Origin: Candidatus Geothermarchaeota archaeon
Lineage (GTDB): Archaea; Thermoproteota; Nitrososphaeria; Geothermarchaeales; JDFR-13
Assembly (NCBI GenBank): GCA_015523545.1
Contig: WAKB01000005.1
Coordinates: forward strand, 8,897 to 72,896
DNA: 64,000 nucleotides
Direction of reading: 5' to 3'
Shown here: piece by piece, positions 37,289 through 46,322 of the stretch
Layout of the letters: every line of letters starts with the position of its first letter
Position numbering within the stretch: position 1 is the first letter of the stretch
Translations under genes and position numbers: made by a program
Notes under the pieces: model-generated
The model's input: the letters and a program-made list of their open reading frames with translations, nothing else
Databases searched by the model: none
Told to the model about the DNA's origin: nothing

Positions 37289-37335
37289 CCCGAACCCCAA
37301 CACTTTTTCCAATATTACTAGAGAGGTAGAAAACC

Positions 37336-38628
37336 TTAGTAATAGAACTCCCTAACCTTATTCCTAAGAAGCGCAATACCGATCGTGAAGAATAGATTGG
37401 TGAATAGGATCACACCCGAAGTCACCTGCAGGATGAACTCCACAGCCTCGGAGAAAAGCTCTCCAAACACCAGCTCAAACTCATTCTGAACCCTAACAGC
37501 CATGACAGCTGCTGCCAAACCCCTGGCGTAGGAGAAGGATATTATCTCCGCAGGTACAAGGCTGGCCTCACCGAAATTGAGGCTCTTAGCTACAAGTAGG
37601 GAGACTGGGAACCTGACTAGGAAAAGTATTACAGAGAGGAGTAGGGATATGATGATTGTCCATAGATCCCTGATGTTCATGATTATTCCTACCTCCACGA
37701 AGAAGAATATCTTAAGCAGGAGGGTGAGTTCAGAGTGCATAGACTCTAGTGAGTAGAGCTGGTAAGTCAGGCTTTCCGGACTCCTCTTCTCGAAGAGAAA
37801 CGGTATATGCCTAAAGTTAGTCAGGACTATACCACATGTAAGCACAGCAATGGCACCACTACCATTGAGGCTCTGGGTAGCAACATAGATAAGGATGAGG
37901 TAGGCGATAGTCATCGTATAGACGTGCTTCTCCTTCTTAAACCTATCCAAGAGATTTGCCAGAATCCACCCAGATAGGACACCGAGGACAACACTTATTG
38001 AGAAGCTCGATGCTATGCTTCCCCCCACATTCCTGAGGTCGAGGGTTACCCCATTCTGAAGCATCTGTAGCGTAATGATCAGTAAAACCGTCTCTGTAAA
38101 TATGATGACGAGAACATCGGTTAGAACCGACTCTATACTCAGGGTAACCTGTACCTTGGTAGGAACGCTTATTCTCTGTATAACGCTTACAATGATAGCG
38201 CCACTACCACCACCTATGATAGTGCCCACAAGCAGACTCATCAGAATATTGTCAGGATAGAATCCTATGACATAGTATAAGAAAAGAGTTGTTGCCAAGG
38301 TAGACAGGGCGAACCCACCGAAGGCGAGTATTAAGGCTGGCTTGGCAGACGCAAATAACTCCCGAATATTTATCCCAAAACTACTCTCAAACATGATTGA
38401 GATCAGGGCGACGGCTCCTATGTAGGGGGCTGCCCCCTTGAGAATTTCTATATCGACAAGTCCTAGGCCAGGTCCCAATACATATCCTAATATAATTAGG
38501 AAGATAGCGTCCGGAATGTTATGCCTATTTAGAAGTACAGAGCCTATGAAGCCAATGAATATTATTATGGACGCTATCATCAACCCCCATTCGACACTCA
38601 TCACTCCCAAATTAAACCACCAGCCCAC
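37336..38628 (-). CDS. Cation/proton antiporter (Na+/H+ exchanger, CPA1/NhaP-like)
   Basis: About 12 TM and 430 aa with Na_H_exchanger-like segments (PDAIFLIILGYVLGP; FESSFGINIREL). Assignment from overall pattern only. Confidence 0.6.
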   Translation of the reverse strand: MGWWFNLGVMSVEWGLMIASIIIFIGFIGSVLLNRHNIPDAIFLIILGYVLGPGLGLVDIEILKGAAPYIGAVALISIMFESSFGINIRELFASAKPALILAFGGFALSTLATTLFLYYVIGFYPDNILMSLLVGTIIGGGSGAIIVSVIQRISVPTKVQVTLSIESVLTDVLVIIFTETVLLIITLQMLQNGVTLDLRNVGGSIASSFSISVVLGVLSGWILANLLDRFKKEKHVYTMTIAYLILIYVATQSLNGSGAIAVLTCGIVLTNFRHIPFLFEKRSPESLTYQLYSLESMHSELTLLLKIFFFVEVGIIMNIRDLWTIIISLLLSVILFLVRFPVSLLVAKSLNFGEASLVPAEIISFSYARGLAAAVMAVRVQNEFELVFGELFSEAVEFILQVTSGVILFTNLFFTIGIALLRNKVREFYY

Positions 38629-38712
38629 CCTTATATCTCTCCCTTAAGGTACCAGGTATCACGGGTTCTAGACTACTATATTAGGTTCGTCACAGCCAAA
38701 TATGTTTTGTCC

Positions 38713-40473
38713 ATGAAGTTCGAAGACCTTGCGAAGTACCTCCTCAGGGTGGAGAAGACCACTGGAAGGATCGAGATGGTGAATATCCTTACCGAGCTAT
38801 ATAGGACTGTTAAGGATCCGGAGGAGGCTGCATATATCTCCTATATCCTGCTGGGGGAGATCGAGCCCCCATACAAGGGTGGGGAGCTAGGGCTCAGCGA
38901 GAAGCTGATAACTAGGGCGATAGCCAAGGCCGCCGGATACGACACGAAGACGGTTGAGAAGAAGCTGAATGAGCTAGGCGACGTAGGCCTAGTGGCGGAG
39001 GAGATGATGAAGAGGAAGAGGCAGATGGTATTCCTGACACAGGAGCTAACAGTAAAGAGGGTCTACCAGACCTTCAAGAAGATCTCCAAGGTGCAGGGTG
39101 AAGGGGCTATAGAGACTAGGGTCAAGCTCCTAACAAGCCTCCTGGTGGACGCCACGCCACTAGAGGCCCGGTACATAGCGAGGCTCGCCGACGGGAACAT
39201 GCGTCTAGGAGTGGCCGACATGACGATACTCGAGGCATTAGCCAATGCAAAGGGGAGCAGGGAGATGAAGCCCCGTCTAGAGAGGGCCTACAACAGGCTA
39301 CCCGATATCGGGGAGATAACCAAGATACTCTTGACCGAGGGCTGGGAGGGCATCGACAAGGTGGATGTCACACCAGGCATACCAGTCAGGCCCATGCTGG
39401 CAGAGAGGGTCAGGAGCCCCGAGGAGGCGTGGGAGAAGACTAGGGGAAGGCTAGCAGCGGAGTTCAAGTACGACGGAGAGAGGATGCAGATACACATACT
39501 ACCCAACGGCAATATAGAGATATTCAGCAGGAGGCTCGAGAGAATAACCCACCAATTCCCCGACGTCTTGGAAGTCGTGAGGAAATACGTTGATCTAGAG
39601 GTAGGTATACTAGAGGGAGAAGCCGTTGCAGTCGACCCCGAGACGGGTGAGTTTAGACCCTTCCAGGAGCTTATGAGGAGGAAGAGGAAGCACGACATCC
39701 ACCAGGTCGCCAAGGAGATACCCGTCTCCCTAAGGATCTTCGACATTATATACGACGGGGAGAGCCTGATGAACAAGACCTTCCCAGAGAGGAGGAAGAG
39801 GCTGGAAGAGGTAGTGAAGACCAATGAGAACATAGCCCCATCAGACATAACATATCCCAAGACTGTGAAGGAGCTATGGGACTTCTTCCACCTATCCGTA
39901 GAGCAGGGTCTAGAGGGGCTCATGATAAAGAGCACCGGCCCCGACTCGATATACCAGGCAGGGGCCAGGGGCTGGCTATGGATAAAGCTAAAGAGGGACT
40001 ACAGGTCAGAGCTGACAGACACACTAGACCTAGTAGTCGTAGGGGGCCTCTACGGCCGCGGAAGGAAGGCAGGAGTACTAAGCAGCTTCCTAATGGCGGT
40101 ATACGACCATGAGAACGATGTATTCAAAACCATATGTAAAGTAGGGACAGGCTTCAAAGACGAGGACATAGTAGAGATGAACAAGCTGTTAAAGCCATAC
40201 CTAAGGGAGAAGAAACCGGCCAGGGTAGATGCGAAGATGGAGCCCGACAAATGGGTCGAGCCAGCCATAGTCCTAGAAATAACGGCCGCGGAGATAACCC
40301 TCAGCCCACTACATACATGTGCATACAACAAGATAGAGGAGGGCGTCGGCCTAGCCCTCAGATTCCCACGCTTCACCGGCAGGTACAGACTGGACAAGAG
40401 GCCAGAGGATGCGACGACAGAGAAGGAAGTCATCGAGATATATAAGAGGCAGCGCAGGGTAGGGGTGGAGTAG
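38713..40473 (+). CDS. lig: ATP-dependent DNA ligase (Lig1-type, replicative)
   Basis: Adenylation motif I EFKYDGERMQIH, motif IV EGLMIK, motif V/VI WIKLKRDY...LDLVVVGG, and a C-terminal OB domain ending LRFPRF. ATG at 38713 (track start TTG 38707). Confidence 0.93.
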   Translation: MKFEDLAKYLLRVEKTTGRIEMVNILTELYRTVKDPEEAAYISYILLGEIEPPYKGGELGLSEKLITRAIAKAAGYDTKTVEKKLNELGDVGLVAEEMMKRKRQMVFLTQELTVKRVYQTFKKISKVQGEGAIETRVKLLTSLLVDATPLEARYIARLADGNMRLGVADMTILEALANAKGSREMKPRLERAYNRLPDIGEITKILLTEGWEGIDKVDVTPGIPVRPMLAERVRSPEEAWEKTRGRLAAEFKYDGERMQIHILPNGNIEIFSRRLERITHQFPDVLEVVRKYVDLEVGILEGEAVAVDPETGEFRPFQELMRRKRKHDIHQVAKEIPVSLRIFDIIYDGESLMNKTFPERRKRLEEVVKTNENIAPSDITYPKTVKELWDFFHLSVEQGLEGLMIKSTGPDSIYQAGARGWLWIKLKRDYRSELTDTLDLVVVGGLYGRGRKAGVLSSFLMAVYDHENDVFKTICKVGTGFKDEDIVEMNKLLKPYLREKKPARVDAKMEPDKWVEPAIVLEITAAEITLSPLHTCAYNKIEEGVGLALRFPRFTGRYRLDKRPEDATTEKEVIEIYKRQRRVGVE

Positions 40474-40521
40474 AAACCCCCGTATAACATACATCTAGAA
40501 CAACACGTCACGACAGAAAAG

Positions 40522-40530
40522 TTTATAAAT
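40522..40530 (+). promoter_or_regulatory. Putative TATA box TTTATAAAT
   Basis: A-rich BRE-like GAAAAG lies immediately upstream. The box is about 30 nt upstream of the 30-codon sORF ATG at 40561. Confidence 0.4.
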
Positions 40531-40560
40531 AGGCTACCTATCCAGAGTCAAGAGGAGGTG

Positions 40561-40653
40561 ATGAGGATGAAGAAGGAGATCGAGAAGCTCGAGATAGGCA
40601 TGTCAGCAATACATGCCACATGGTACTTCAAGTTCAGGCCCGAGTTCAGGTAG
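40561..40653 (+). CDS. Candidate 30-aa small protein (MRMKKEIEKLEIGMSAIHATWYFKFRPEFR)
   Basis: Below the track cutoff. Strong TATA TTTATAAAT at 40522-40530 and SD GGAGGTG at 40554-40560 immediately precede the ATG. No homolog recognised. Confidence 0.3.
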   Translation: MRMKKEIEKLEIGMSAIHATWYFKFRPEFR

Positions 40654-40755
40654 ATGGGCCTTAACAACCTTTTTACCGATATTCTCTAACCACCAAACCT
40701 ACATTCCCATTTATCTATACACCAGAACCCTATAGGGTGTAGATGGGTGGTATAG

Positions 40756-41064
40756 ATGGGTGGACAGAAAAAGCCTACTATAAGCAAGCTAAAGAAGATG
40801 CTCGAAGGCAAGAAGAGGAAGAGTGATAGGGAGGAGGTAAGGAAGGTTGAGTATGGAGTGATTATAGACGAGGCTACGAGGAAGGAGCTGATAAGCTTCA
40901 TCAAGAGCTCCAGATATATAACCCCCTCCATGGTCTCAAGGAAGGCCGAGATAAAGATTAGCGAGGCCAGGAGATTCCTAAAGGAGCTTGAGAACCAGGG
41001 AATGATAAGGCTGGAGCTCAAGAACCGGGAGCTGGAGGTCTACGTACCAGTCAAAGCCGCTTAA
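40756..41064 (+). CDS. rps25e: 30S ribosomal protein S25e
   Basis: Lys-rich N-terminus, then a winged-helix core: ITPSMVSRKAEIKISEARRFLKELENQGMI. About 100 aa. Confidence 0.7.
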   Translation: MGGQKKPTISKLKKMLEGKKRKSDREEVRKVEYGVIIDEATRKELISFIKSSRYITPSMVSRKAEIKISEARRFLKELENQGMIRLELKNRELEVYVPVKAA

Positions 41065-41431
41065 CAACCGCCCTCCTAACCCCCTCCAAACCCCTAAGCA
41101 AATCCAGACCCTCCACAACCTCCCCTATCTCCACATAGTTTTGCTCCAAGCTCTTGAAGTCCTCAAGAACGATAGCGAAGCCATCATCAATAGGTGTGTA
41201 GAGAACCTTCCCGGCCGTGAAGACCCCTGGAAGACCCCTGAGCCCCTTCTCCACACCTAGGGGGATGATCACCACCTCACCCCTCCTCATGGCGTAGGTC
41301 TGCACCTCCCCCTTCAACTCGAGCTCCGAGATTATGGAGAAGCCCCTATCATTGTCGAGAGCCAGTACAGCCTCCCCCAGATCCTCCACAACAACCCTAT
41401 ACACAGTCTTATTCTCTGAGGGCATGTCCAA
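41051..41431 (-). CDS. Hypothetical protein, possibly cyclophilin-like fold
   Basis: The 126-aa C-terminal EIGEVVEGLDLLRGLE resembles the cyclophilin VFG.V.EGMDVV..IE strand-helix. Weak evidence. Confidence 0.3.
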   Translation of the reverse strand: MDMPSENKTVYRVVVEDLGEAVLALDNDRGFSIISELELKGEVQTYAMRRGEVVIIPLGVEKGLRGLPGVFTAGKVLYTPIDDGFAIVLEDFKSLEQNYVEIGEVVEGLDLLRGLEGVRRAVVKRL

Positions 41432-41491
41432 ACGACCTATTGATACACCGGGTCAAAACATTTTTAAAGTGTCCCTATATAAATTATTCCG

Positions 41492-41806
41492 ATGCCCGAG
41501 ATGACAACAGAGAAGAAGCGTAAGATAAGATATAAAGACCTGATAACAATCGGCCCGCCCAAGCTAACCGCGTATGAGCGGGCCAGAATAATAGGTATAA
41601 GGGCTGTACAGATAGACTATGGGGCCGAACCCTTCATAAAGGCGGAGAAGGGGATGACGAGCATAGACATAGCCATCAAGGAGCTGGAGAGCGGGGTCCT
41701 ACCACTCTCAATAAAGAGGAAGCTCATCTACCGAGACGACTTCGACCCCATACCCGTTAAGTGGCTCCTACTAGCCGAGATGGAGGATAGGGAGGTAGAT
41801 ATCTAG
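41492..41806 (+). CDS. rpoK: DNA-directed RNA polymerase subunit K (Rpo6)
   Basis: LTAYERARIIGIRAVQIDYGAEPFI...IAIKELESGVLPLSIKR is the Rpo6/RPB6 core. Confidence 0.9.
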   Translation: MPEMTTEKKRKIRYKDLITIGPPKLTAYERARIIGIRAVQIDYGAEPFIKAEKGMTSIDIAIKELESGVLPLSIKRKLIYRDDFDPIPVKWLLLAEMEDREVDI

Positions 41807-41875
41807 CCAGATCTTGGGAACCATTTATATACCCTCCCCCCTTATCTAAATACATAACAATCAACGGTGATCACT

Positions 41876-42154
41876 ATGAGCGCCGAGGGTGAGAACGTAA
41901 TCTTCATCGGGAAGAAGTCAGTGATGAACTACGTCCTAGCAGTGCTCCTCCAGTTCGACGTCGGCAACAAGGTCGTCGTACTCAAGGCCAGGGGTAAGGC
42001 CATCTCCAAGGCCGTCGACGTTGCCCAGATAGTGAAGAGGAGGCTCCTAGGCGGCAAGGTAGAGGTGACCAGCTGCAAGATCGACACCGAGGAGGTCGGC
42101 GAGCCTCCAAGGAAGGTCTCAACCATCGAGATAGTCCTAGAGCAGACAGCCTAG
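41876..42154 (+). CDS. albA: DNA/RNA-binding protein Alba
   Basis: NVIFIGKKSVMNYVLAVLLQF...VVVLKARGKAISKAVDVAQIVKRR. TATA ATTTATATA at 41823-41831. ATG at 41876 (track start GTG 41867). Confidence 0.93.
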   Translation: MSAEGENVIFIGKKSVMNYVLAVLLQFDVGNKVVVLKARGKAISKAVDVAQIVKRRLLGGKVEVTSCKIDTEEVGEPPRKVSTIEIVLEQTA

Positions 42155-42180
42155 AACCATCACCCTTCTCTCTCCTCTCC

Positions 42181-42190
42181 TTTATATAAA
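42181..42190 (+). promoter_or_regulatory. Putative TATA box TTTATATAAA downstream of albA
   Basis: Strong AT palindrome in an otherwise GC-neutral 134-nt gap. It would give a leader of about 75-85 nt for the 204-aa ORF. Confidence 0.35.
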
Positions 42191-42288
42191 ATCCTGGATC
42201 CAGTCTATACTTTACCCATGTCCCCAATATGGATACCCTTATGCCCGTGGGATGTCTATTTATCACCCACATCATGTTCTAATACTGT

Positions 42289-42903
42289 ATGGTCAAGATG
42301 GCTGGGATAGACGATGTAGAGGAGCTCCGCCAATACCTCGAGAAACGTAGGGAGGAGCTGGAGGAGGAGCTCCGAAGGATAAACCGGTTCCTCAAGGCGT
42401 TGGAGGACATGATAACAGAGAAGTCCTTCTCACCAGCAGACAAGATAAAGCCACTAGGCGCAGAGGGGCCTGAGCCAAGGGAGTCTATGAAGACTGGACG
42501 AGTAGAGGCCAGTATAGAGGCCAAGCCACAGCAGGAGAAGCCCCTCAGAACAGAGATACTATGGGTAAGCAGGGGTAGACCAGTAGCCTGGGTGGATCAC
42601 TATCCACACGCCGTGGTAGTCAGGATAGACAAGTCCTTCGGATTCAGGGTCGACGACACACTAGTGACACGTTTCCTAGAGCCACGTCTAACCGAGGAGA
42701 TGTCCAAGGATATGAGGGAGATCGAGGAGGGGAAGAGGCCGAAGGACAAGAGGTTCTCCTTTCACATACTGGATGAAGACGGGATAGTGTCTAGGATAGA
42801 GGTTGTAGACCATGGAGAGGTAGCTAGGAGGAGGGATACCATTGGGAAGATCAGGTGGGCCCTCAAAAAATTTGAGGAGAAGAAGATGGGTGAGAACCTC
42901 TAG
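42289..42903 (+). CDS. Hypothetical protein (N-terminal coiled coil, C-terminal alpha/beta domain)
   Basis: ORF only, with a charged heptad-like N-terminus (EELRQYLEKRREELEEELRRINRFLKALEDM). A strong TATA at 42181-42190 implies a 5' leader of about 75-85 nt. Confidence 0.45.
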   Translation: MVKMAGIDDVEELRQYLEKRREELEEELRRINRFLKALEDMITEKSFSPADKIKPLGAEGPEPRESMKTGRVEASIEAKPQQEKPLRTEILWVSRGRPVAWVDHYPHAVVVRIDKSFGFRVDDTLVTRFLEPRLTEEMSKDMREIEEGKRPKDKRFSFHILDEDGIVSRIEVVDHGEVARRRDTIGKIRWALKKFEEKKMGENL

Positions 42904-43283
42904 AGGACGGGCCTAAACTTCACGCCATAGATGATCTTCCCATCCTCCCCATAGGTATAGAGCTTCCTAAGGGTAGCCTCGACCTCCATACCCTCACTAG
43001 GCTCATCCACATCTGTAAGCATACCAATAACCCTAGTACCATCACTTAGCTCCACAACAGCGAGGTAGTATGGCCTATAACGGTTATACCTAGTGGGGAG
43101 GGCCTTCAACAGGGTATAGTGAACAACCCTACCCCTCCTCGGCAGCTGATACTCCTCAGTAGCCCCTCCACACCTAGCGCAACGCCTACGTGGAGGGTAG
43201 GAGGTCTCACCACACTCCCTACACCTACTCCCAATAAGCCTATACCTATACCTCCTAAACCTCCAGTCACTAACCTCTGTCAT
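42900..43283 (-). CDS. DUF35 OB-fold/zinc-ribbon protein (scaffold subunit of the archaeal thiolase/HMG-CoA synthase complex)
   Basis: Zn ribbon CRECGETSYPPRRRCARCGG followed by an OB-fold segment. Directly downstream of the thiolase and HMGCS genes. Confidence 0.85.
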   Translation of the reverse strand: MTEVSDWRFRRYRYRLIGSRCRECGETSYPPRRRCARCGGATEEYQLPRRGRVVHYTLLKALPTRYNRYRPYYLAVVELSDGTRVIGMLTDVDEPSEGMEVEATLRKLYTYGEDGKIIYGVKFRPVL

Positions 43284-43286
43284 CCA

Positions 43287-44447
43287 CTACACCCCCAGGA
43301 CAAAGGCATATGCAGATATATCCAGGCCCACCATAGAATGGACAAGGGCATACTCAGCACCATCCACCTGGTTATCACCAGCCCTACCGAGAAGCTGCAT
43401 AGCTGCCTCGGCCAACTGGTAAGCGGCCGTGGCCCCCTTAGGATCGCCCCTGGCCTTGGCACCACCGAAGGTGTTCACAGGCAACTCACCAGAGAGGGAG
43501 AAGTGCCCCCTCTCCAACAGCTTCCCTGCACCGCCCTTGTCAGCCAGTCCCAGAGACTCTAGGACGAGGGCACCCGAGATCGATGAGGGGTTATACATCT
43601 CCAACAGGTCTATATCCTCCGTCTCCACACCAGCCTTCTCAAGTGCCTTCTCAACAGCCCTAGAACTGGCCGAGAAGAATAGGGGTGAGGCCCTATCAAA
43701 AAGGTTGGCGGGCTGCCCAGCAGCACCCATACCAAGGAGCTTGACATACTCAACCCCCAGCGAGTCTGCATACTCCTTATCCATCAATAGTATGTAGGCC
43801 GCCCCATCCCCAGGCGCCGTCACATCGAAAATCGTTAAGGGATCGGAGACTGGCGATGCCGACCTAACCATGTCATACGTAATCCTATTCCTAAACTGTG
43901 CATGTCCAGCCCGGGACGCGTTCTCATGCTCGTTTACCGGGAGGTATGAGTATAATGGCTCGTCGAGGCCATACTCCGAGAGATACATCTTGGCGAGGAG
44001 GGCGTGGAGACCAATCTCGGTCAGGCCCGAATAGTTCACGAGGAAACTGTCCTCTACCAGTGATACACCCCTATAATTAGGGGCGGGAAGCTCATCACTC
44101 ATCTTCTCAACACCACCGACTAGGACAGCCTTATACATCCCCGAGTATATCCCTAGGGCAGCATTGTAGAGAGCCTGGGCCGATGAGGCAGCGCCAGCCT
44201 CGAAGTTTGATACAGATGCATCGAACCTCGCCACAAGATCTGCTATGTGGCTAGCCAGGGAGAGCTGTAGCTCGTAAAACCCTGAGAGAGCCGTACCCAC
44301 ATATATAGCATCTATCTCCACTGAGGGGAGACCCTCGAAGACCTTCTCGATAGCCTCTAGGGACAGGTCCTTCAAACCCCGATCCCAATGCTCACCAACC
44401 CGGGTGAAGCCATACCCAGCTACTACAGGCATACCCATAGGACTCAC
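43287..44447 (-). CDS. Acetyl-CoA acetyltransferase (archaeal thiolase)
   Basis: Thiolase-like fold, about 385 aa, with C-terminal GGAKARGDPKGATAAYQ and HSMVG motifs. Part of the conserved HMGCS-thiolase-DUF35 gene trio. Confidence 0.85.
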   Translation of the reverse strand: MSPMGMPVVAGYGFTRVGEHWDRGLKDLSLEAIEKVFEGLPSVEIDAIYVGTALSGFYELQLSLASHIADLVARFDASVSNFEAGAASSAQALYNAALGIYSGMYKAVLVGGVEKMSDELPAPNYRGVSLVEDSFLVNYSGLTEIGLHALLAKMYLSEYGLDEPLYSYLPVNEHENASRAGHAQFRNRITYDMVRSASPVSDPLTIFDVTAPGDGAAYILLMDKEYADSLGVEYVKLLGMGAAGQPANLFDRASPLFFSASSRAVEKALEKAGVETEDIDLLEMYNPSSISGALVLESLGLADKGGAGKLLERGHFSLSGELPVNTFGGAKARGDPKGATAAYQLAEAAMQLLGRAGDNQVDGAEYALVHSMVGLDISAYAFVLGV

Positions 44448-45490
44448 CTCCTCAGGATATCCCTAAACATTGCATAGGTTGCATAGTCACCCGGAACCAT
44501 CCTAGAGATAAGCTTAGAGACAGGAGGCTTCATCCTCCTCTCCTCAATCAGGTCAGTAACCTCGAAAACCATCGAGTCACTACCAGCACCGGAGCCGAAG
44601 GATGCGAGCAATATCTTGTCACCAGGCTGGGCAACGTCTAGGGTGGCCGCCAAGCCGAGTAGGCTTGAGCCGCTATAAGTATTCCCTACAAGGGCCACTA
44701 CAAGGCCTGGCTTGATCTGATCCATGGTGAAGCCCAGCTTCTTGGCTACACGGGTCGGGAACTTATAGTTTGGCTGGTGGAACACGGCATACTTGAAGTC
44801 AGAGGGGCTATATCCATACTCATCGAAGAGCCCCTTCACACTCGACATGATATGGTGGAAATAGGCCGGCTCACCTGTAAACCTGTAGAGATGACGGGGA
44901 TACTCCTCCAGACTCCTCCTCCAGAAGTCGGGAGTATCCGAGACATAAGTGTAGGACGCCTCTAGCCTAGCCAACACACCATCTTCGACCCTAGATATTA
45001 TGTAGGCTGCACCACCCGCGGCAGCAGTATATTCAAGCTCATCACCAGGCCTACCCTGTGCAGTATCCGCACCGATAGCTAGACCCATCCTGATCATACC
45101 AGAGGACACCAGTCCAAAGACAGTCTGCATAGCCTCTGTACCAGCCTTACAGGCGAATTCATAATCAGCCGACAATATGTTCCTACTAAGGCCAAGAGCC
45201 TCAGCCACGACCGTTCCCGATGGCTTAACAGCATAGGGCTTAGACTCGCTCCCGATGAAGACCGCCCCGATCAGAGATCGATCAGCGCCCGAAGACTCTA
45301 TAGCCCTCAACGCGGCTTCATAGGCGATCGTTATCGTGTCCTCGTCATAGCTAGGAAAGCTCTTAGACTTTATAGGAGTGGCGTCACGCCCCCAGAGATC
45401 AGCTATATCCCTATTCTCGATGATATACCTGGGGATATACGCACCATAGCCGTAGATCCCCACTTCCCTGGTGGGCCTCATAGTATTCAC
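44444..45490 (-). CDS. Hydroxymethylglutaryl-CoA synthase
   Basis: Active-site Cys context SADYEFACKAGTEAM, FHQPNYKF (His) and GNTYSGSSLLGL. About 348 aa, archaeal type. Confidence 0.88.
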   Translation of the reverse strand: MNTMRPTREVGIYGYGAYIPRYIIENRDIADLWGRDATPIKSKSFPSYDEDTITIAYEAALRAIESSGADRSLIGAVFIGSESKPYAVKPSGTVVAEALGLSRNILSADYEFACKAGTEAMQTVFGLVSSGMIRMGLAIGADTAQGRPGDELEYTAAAGGAAYIISRVEDGVLARLEASYTYVSDTPDFWRRSLEEYPRHLYRFTGEPAYFHHIMSSVKGLFDEYGYSPSDFKYAVFHQPNYKFPTRVAKKLGFTMDQIKPGLVVALVGNTYSGSSLLGLAATLDVAQPGDKILLASFGSGAGSDSMVFEVTDLIEERRMKPPVSKLISRMVPGDYATYAMFRDILRR

Positions 45491-45569
45491 CGGTGGATTA
45501 GGTATAGTATTCCAGCCCAGTTTTTTAGAATAGTATCTATATACTCCGAGGCATGGCTAGGCTATTACC

Positions 45570-46322
45570 TTAGCCCATTACAGAGCCCAGCTCCCTGAGG
45601 GGAGGCAGCTCCATAACAGCCTCACCAACCACTATGGCGTATGGCCTCATCAGCCCCATGTCAAACCTACGCAGGATTGGGGACATAGGCCTCATCAACT
45701 CATAGCTCGCGTAGTTACTCCCCCCAGACAGCTCCGAGACGGGTGGAAGGACGAGGAACTTCTTCTCACCATAGTCCCCCCAGAGGAAGCATTTAAACCT
45801 ATACTTACCACCAGCCTCATCCCTCAGGACGATACTTGGGTGCTCATGTCCCAGGATAACCACCTCCCTAAGCTCATCCGGATCCACATCCTCATGGCCA
45901 TGGATGATGGTGTACCACTCACCATCCAGCCTCTCGAAGAAGCTATATCCAAACCTATCCAGCAATACCCCGAGATAGTTGTCGTGGTTACCCCTAACGA
46001 CATAAACCTTCACATGATAATCATCCCTGAGACGCTCGAAGAAGCTCCTAAGCTCCCTCCACTCACTAGTCTTGAGAAGCCCAAAGGAGTGCTTGAGATC
46101 ACCATCGAAGATGACCGTGGAGGGCTTATAATCCTCGATCGCCGAGAAGACTATGTCTGCAGTGGCTCTACTAACCCCCCTGGGTAGGAAGACCCCCTCC
46201 TCCTCAAGAGTACCCTCGATACCTAGATGGAGATCCGAGAATACAAGTGCATCCATATCCTCGATATACGCTGCGGGCCATGGATCAGCTATGTATAGCC
46301 CCCTATACAGCTTTATCGCCAT
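45570..46322 (-). CDS. Calcineurin-like metallophosphoesterase (PdeM / Lhr-associated MPE type)
   Basis: Motifs SDLHLG, GDLKH, GNHD, HGH and GHEHP. The ATG at 46322 lies 20 nt inside the 3' end of the Lhr-like helicase gene. Confidence 0.8.
   Translation of the reverse strand: MAIKLYRGLYIADPWPAAYIEDMDALVFSDLHLGIEGTLEEEGVFLPRGVSRATADIVFSAIEDYKPSTVIFDGDLKHSFGLLKTSEWRELRSFFERLRDDYHVKVYVVRGNHDNYLGVLLDRFGYSFFERLDGEWYTIIHGHEDVDPDELREVVILGHEHPSIVLRDEAGGKYRFKCFLWGDYGEKKFLVLPPVSELSGGSNYASYELMRPMSPILRRFDMGLMRPYAIVVGEAVMELPPLRELGSVMG

Noticed and set aside
39288-39935. 215-aa ORF antisense to DNA ligase
   Set aside because: The opposite strand carries the ligase catalytic motifs. The antisense product is Ser-rich and lacks motifs.
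42200-42290. C/D-box sRNA in the albA-downstream gap (ATGATGT on the minus strand)
   Set aside because: There is a C-box-like heptamer but no CTGA D or D' box at a suitable distance and no terminal stem.
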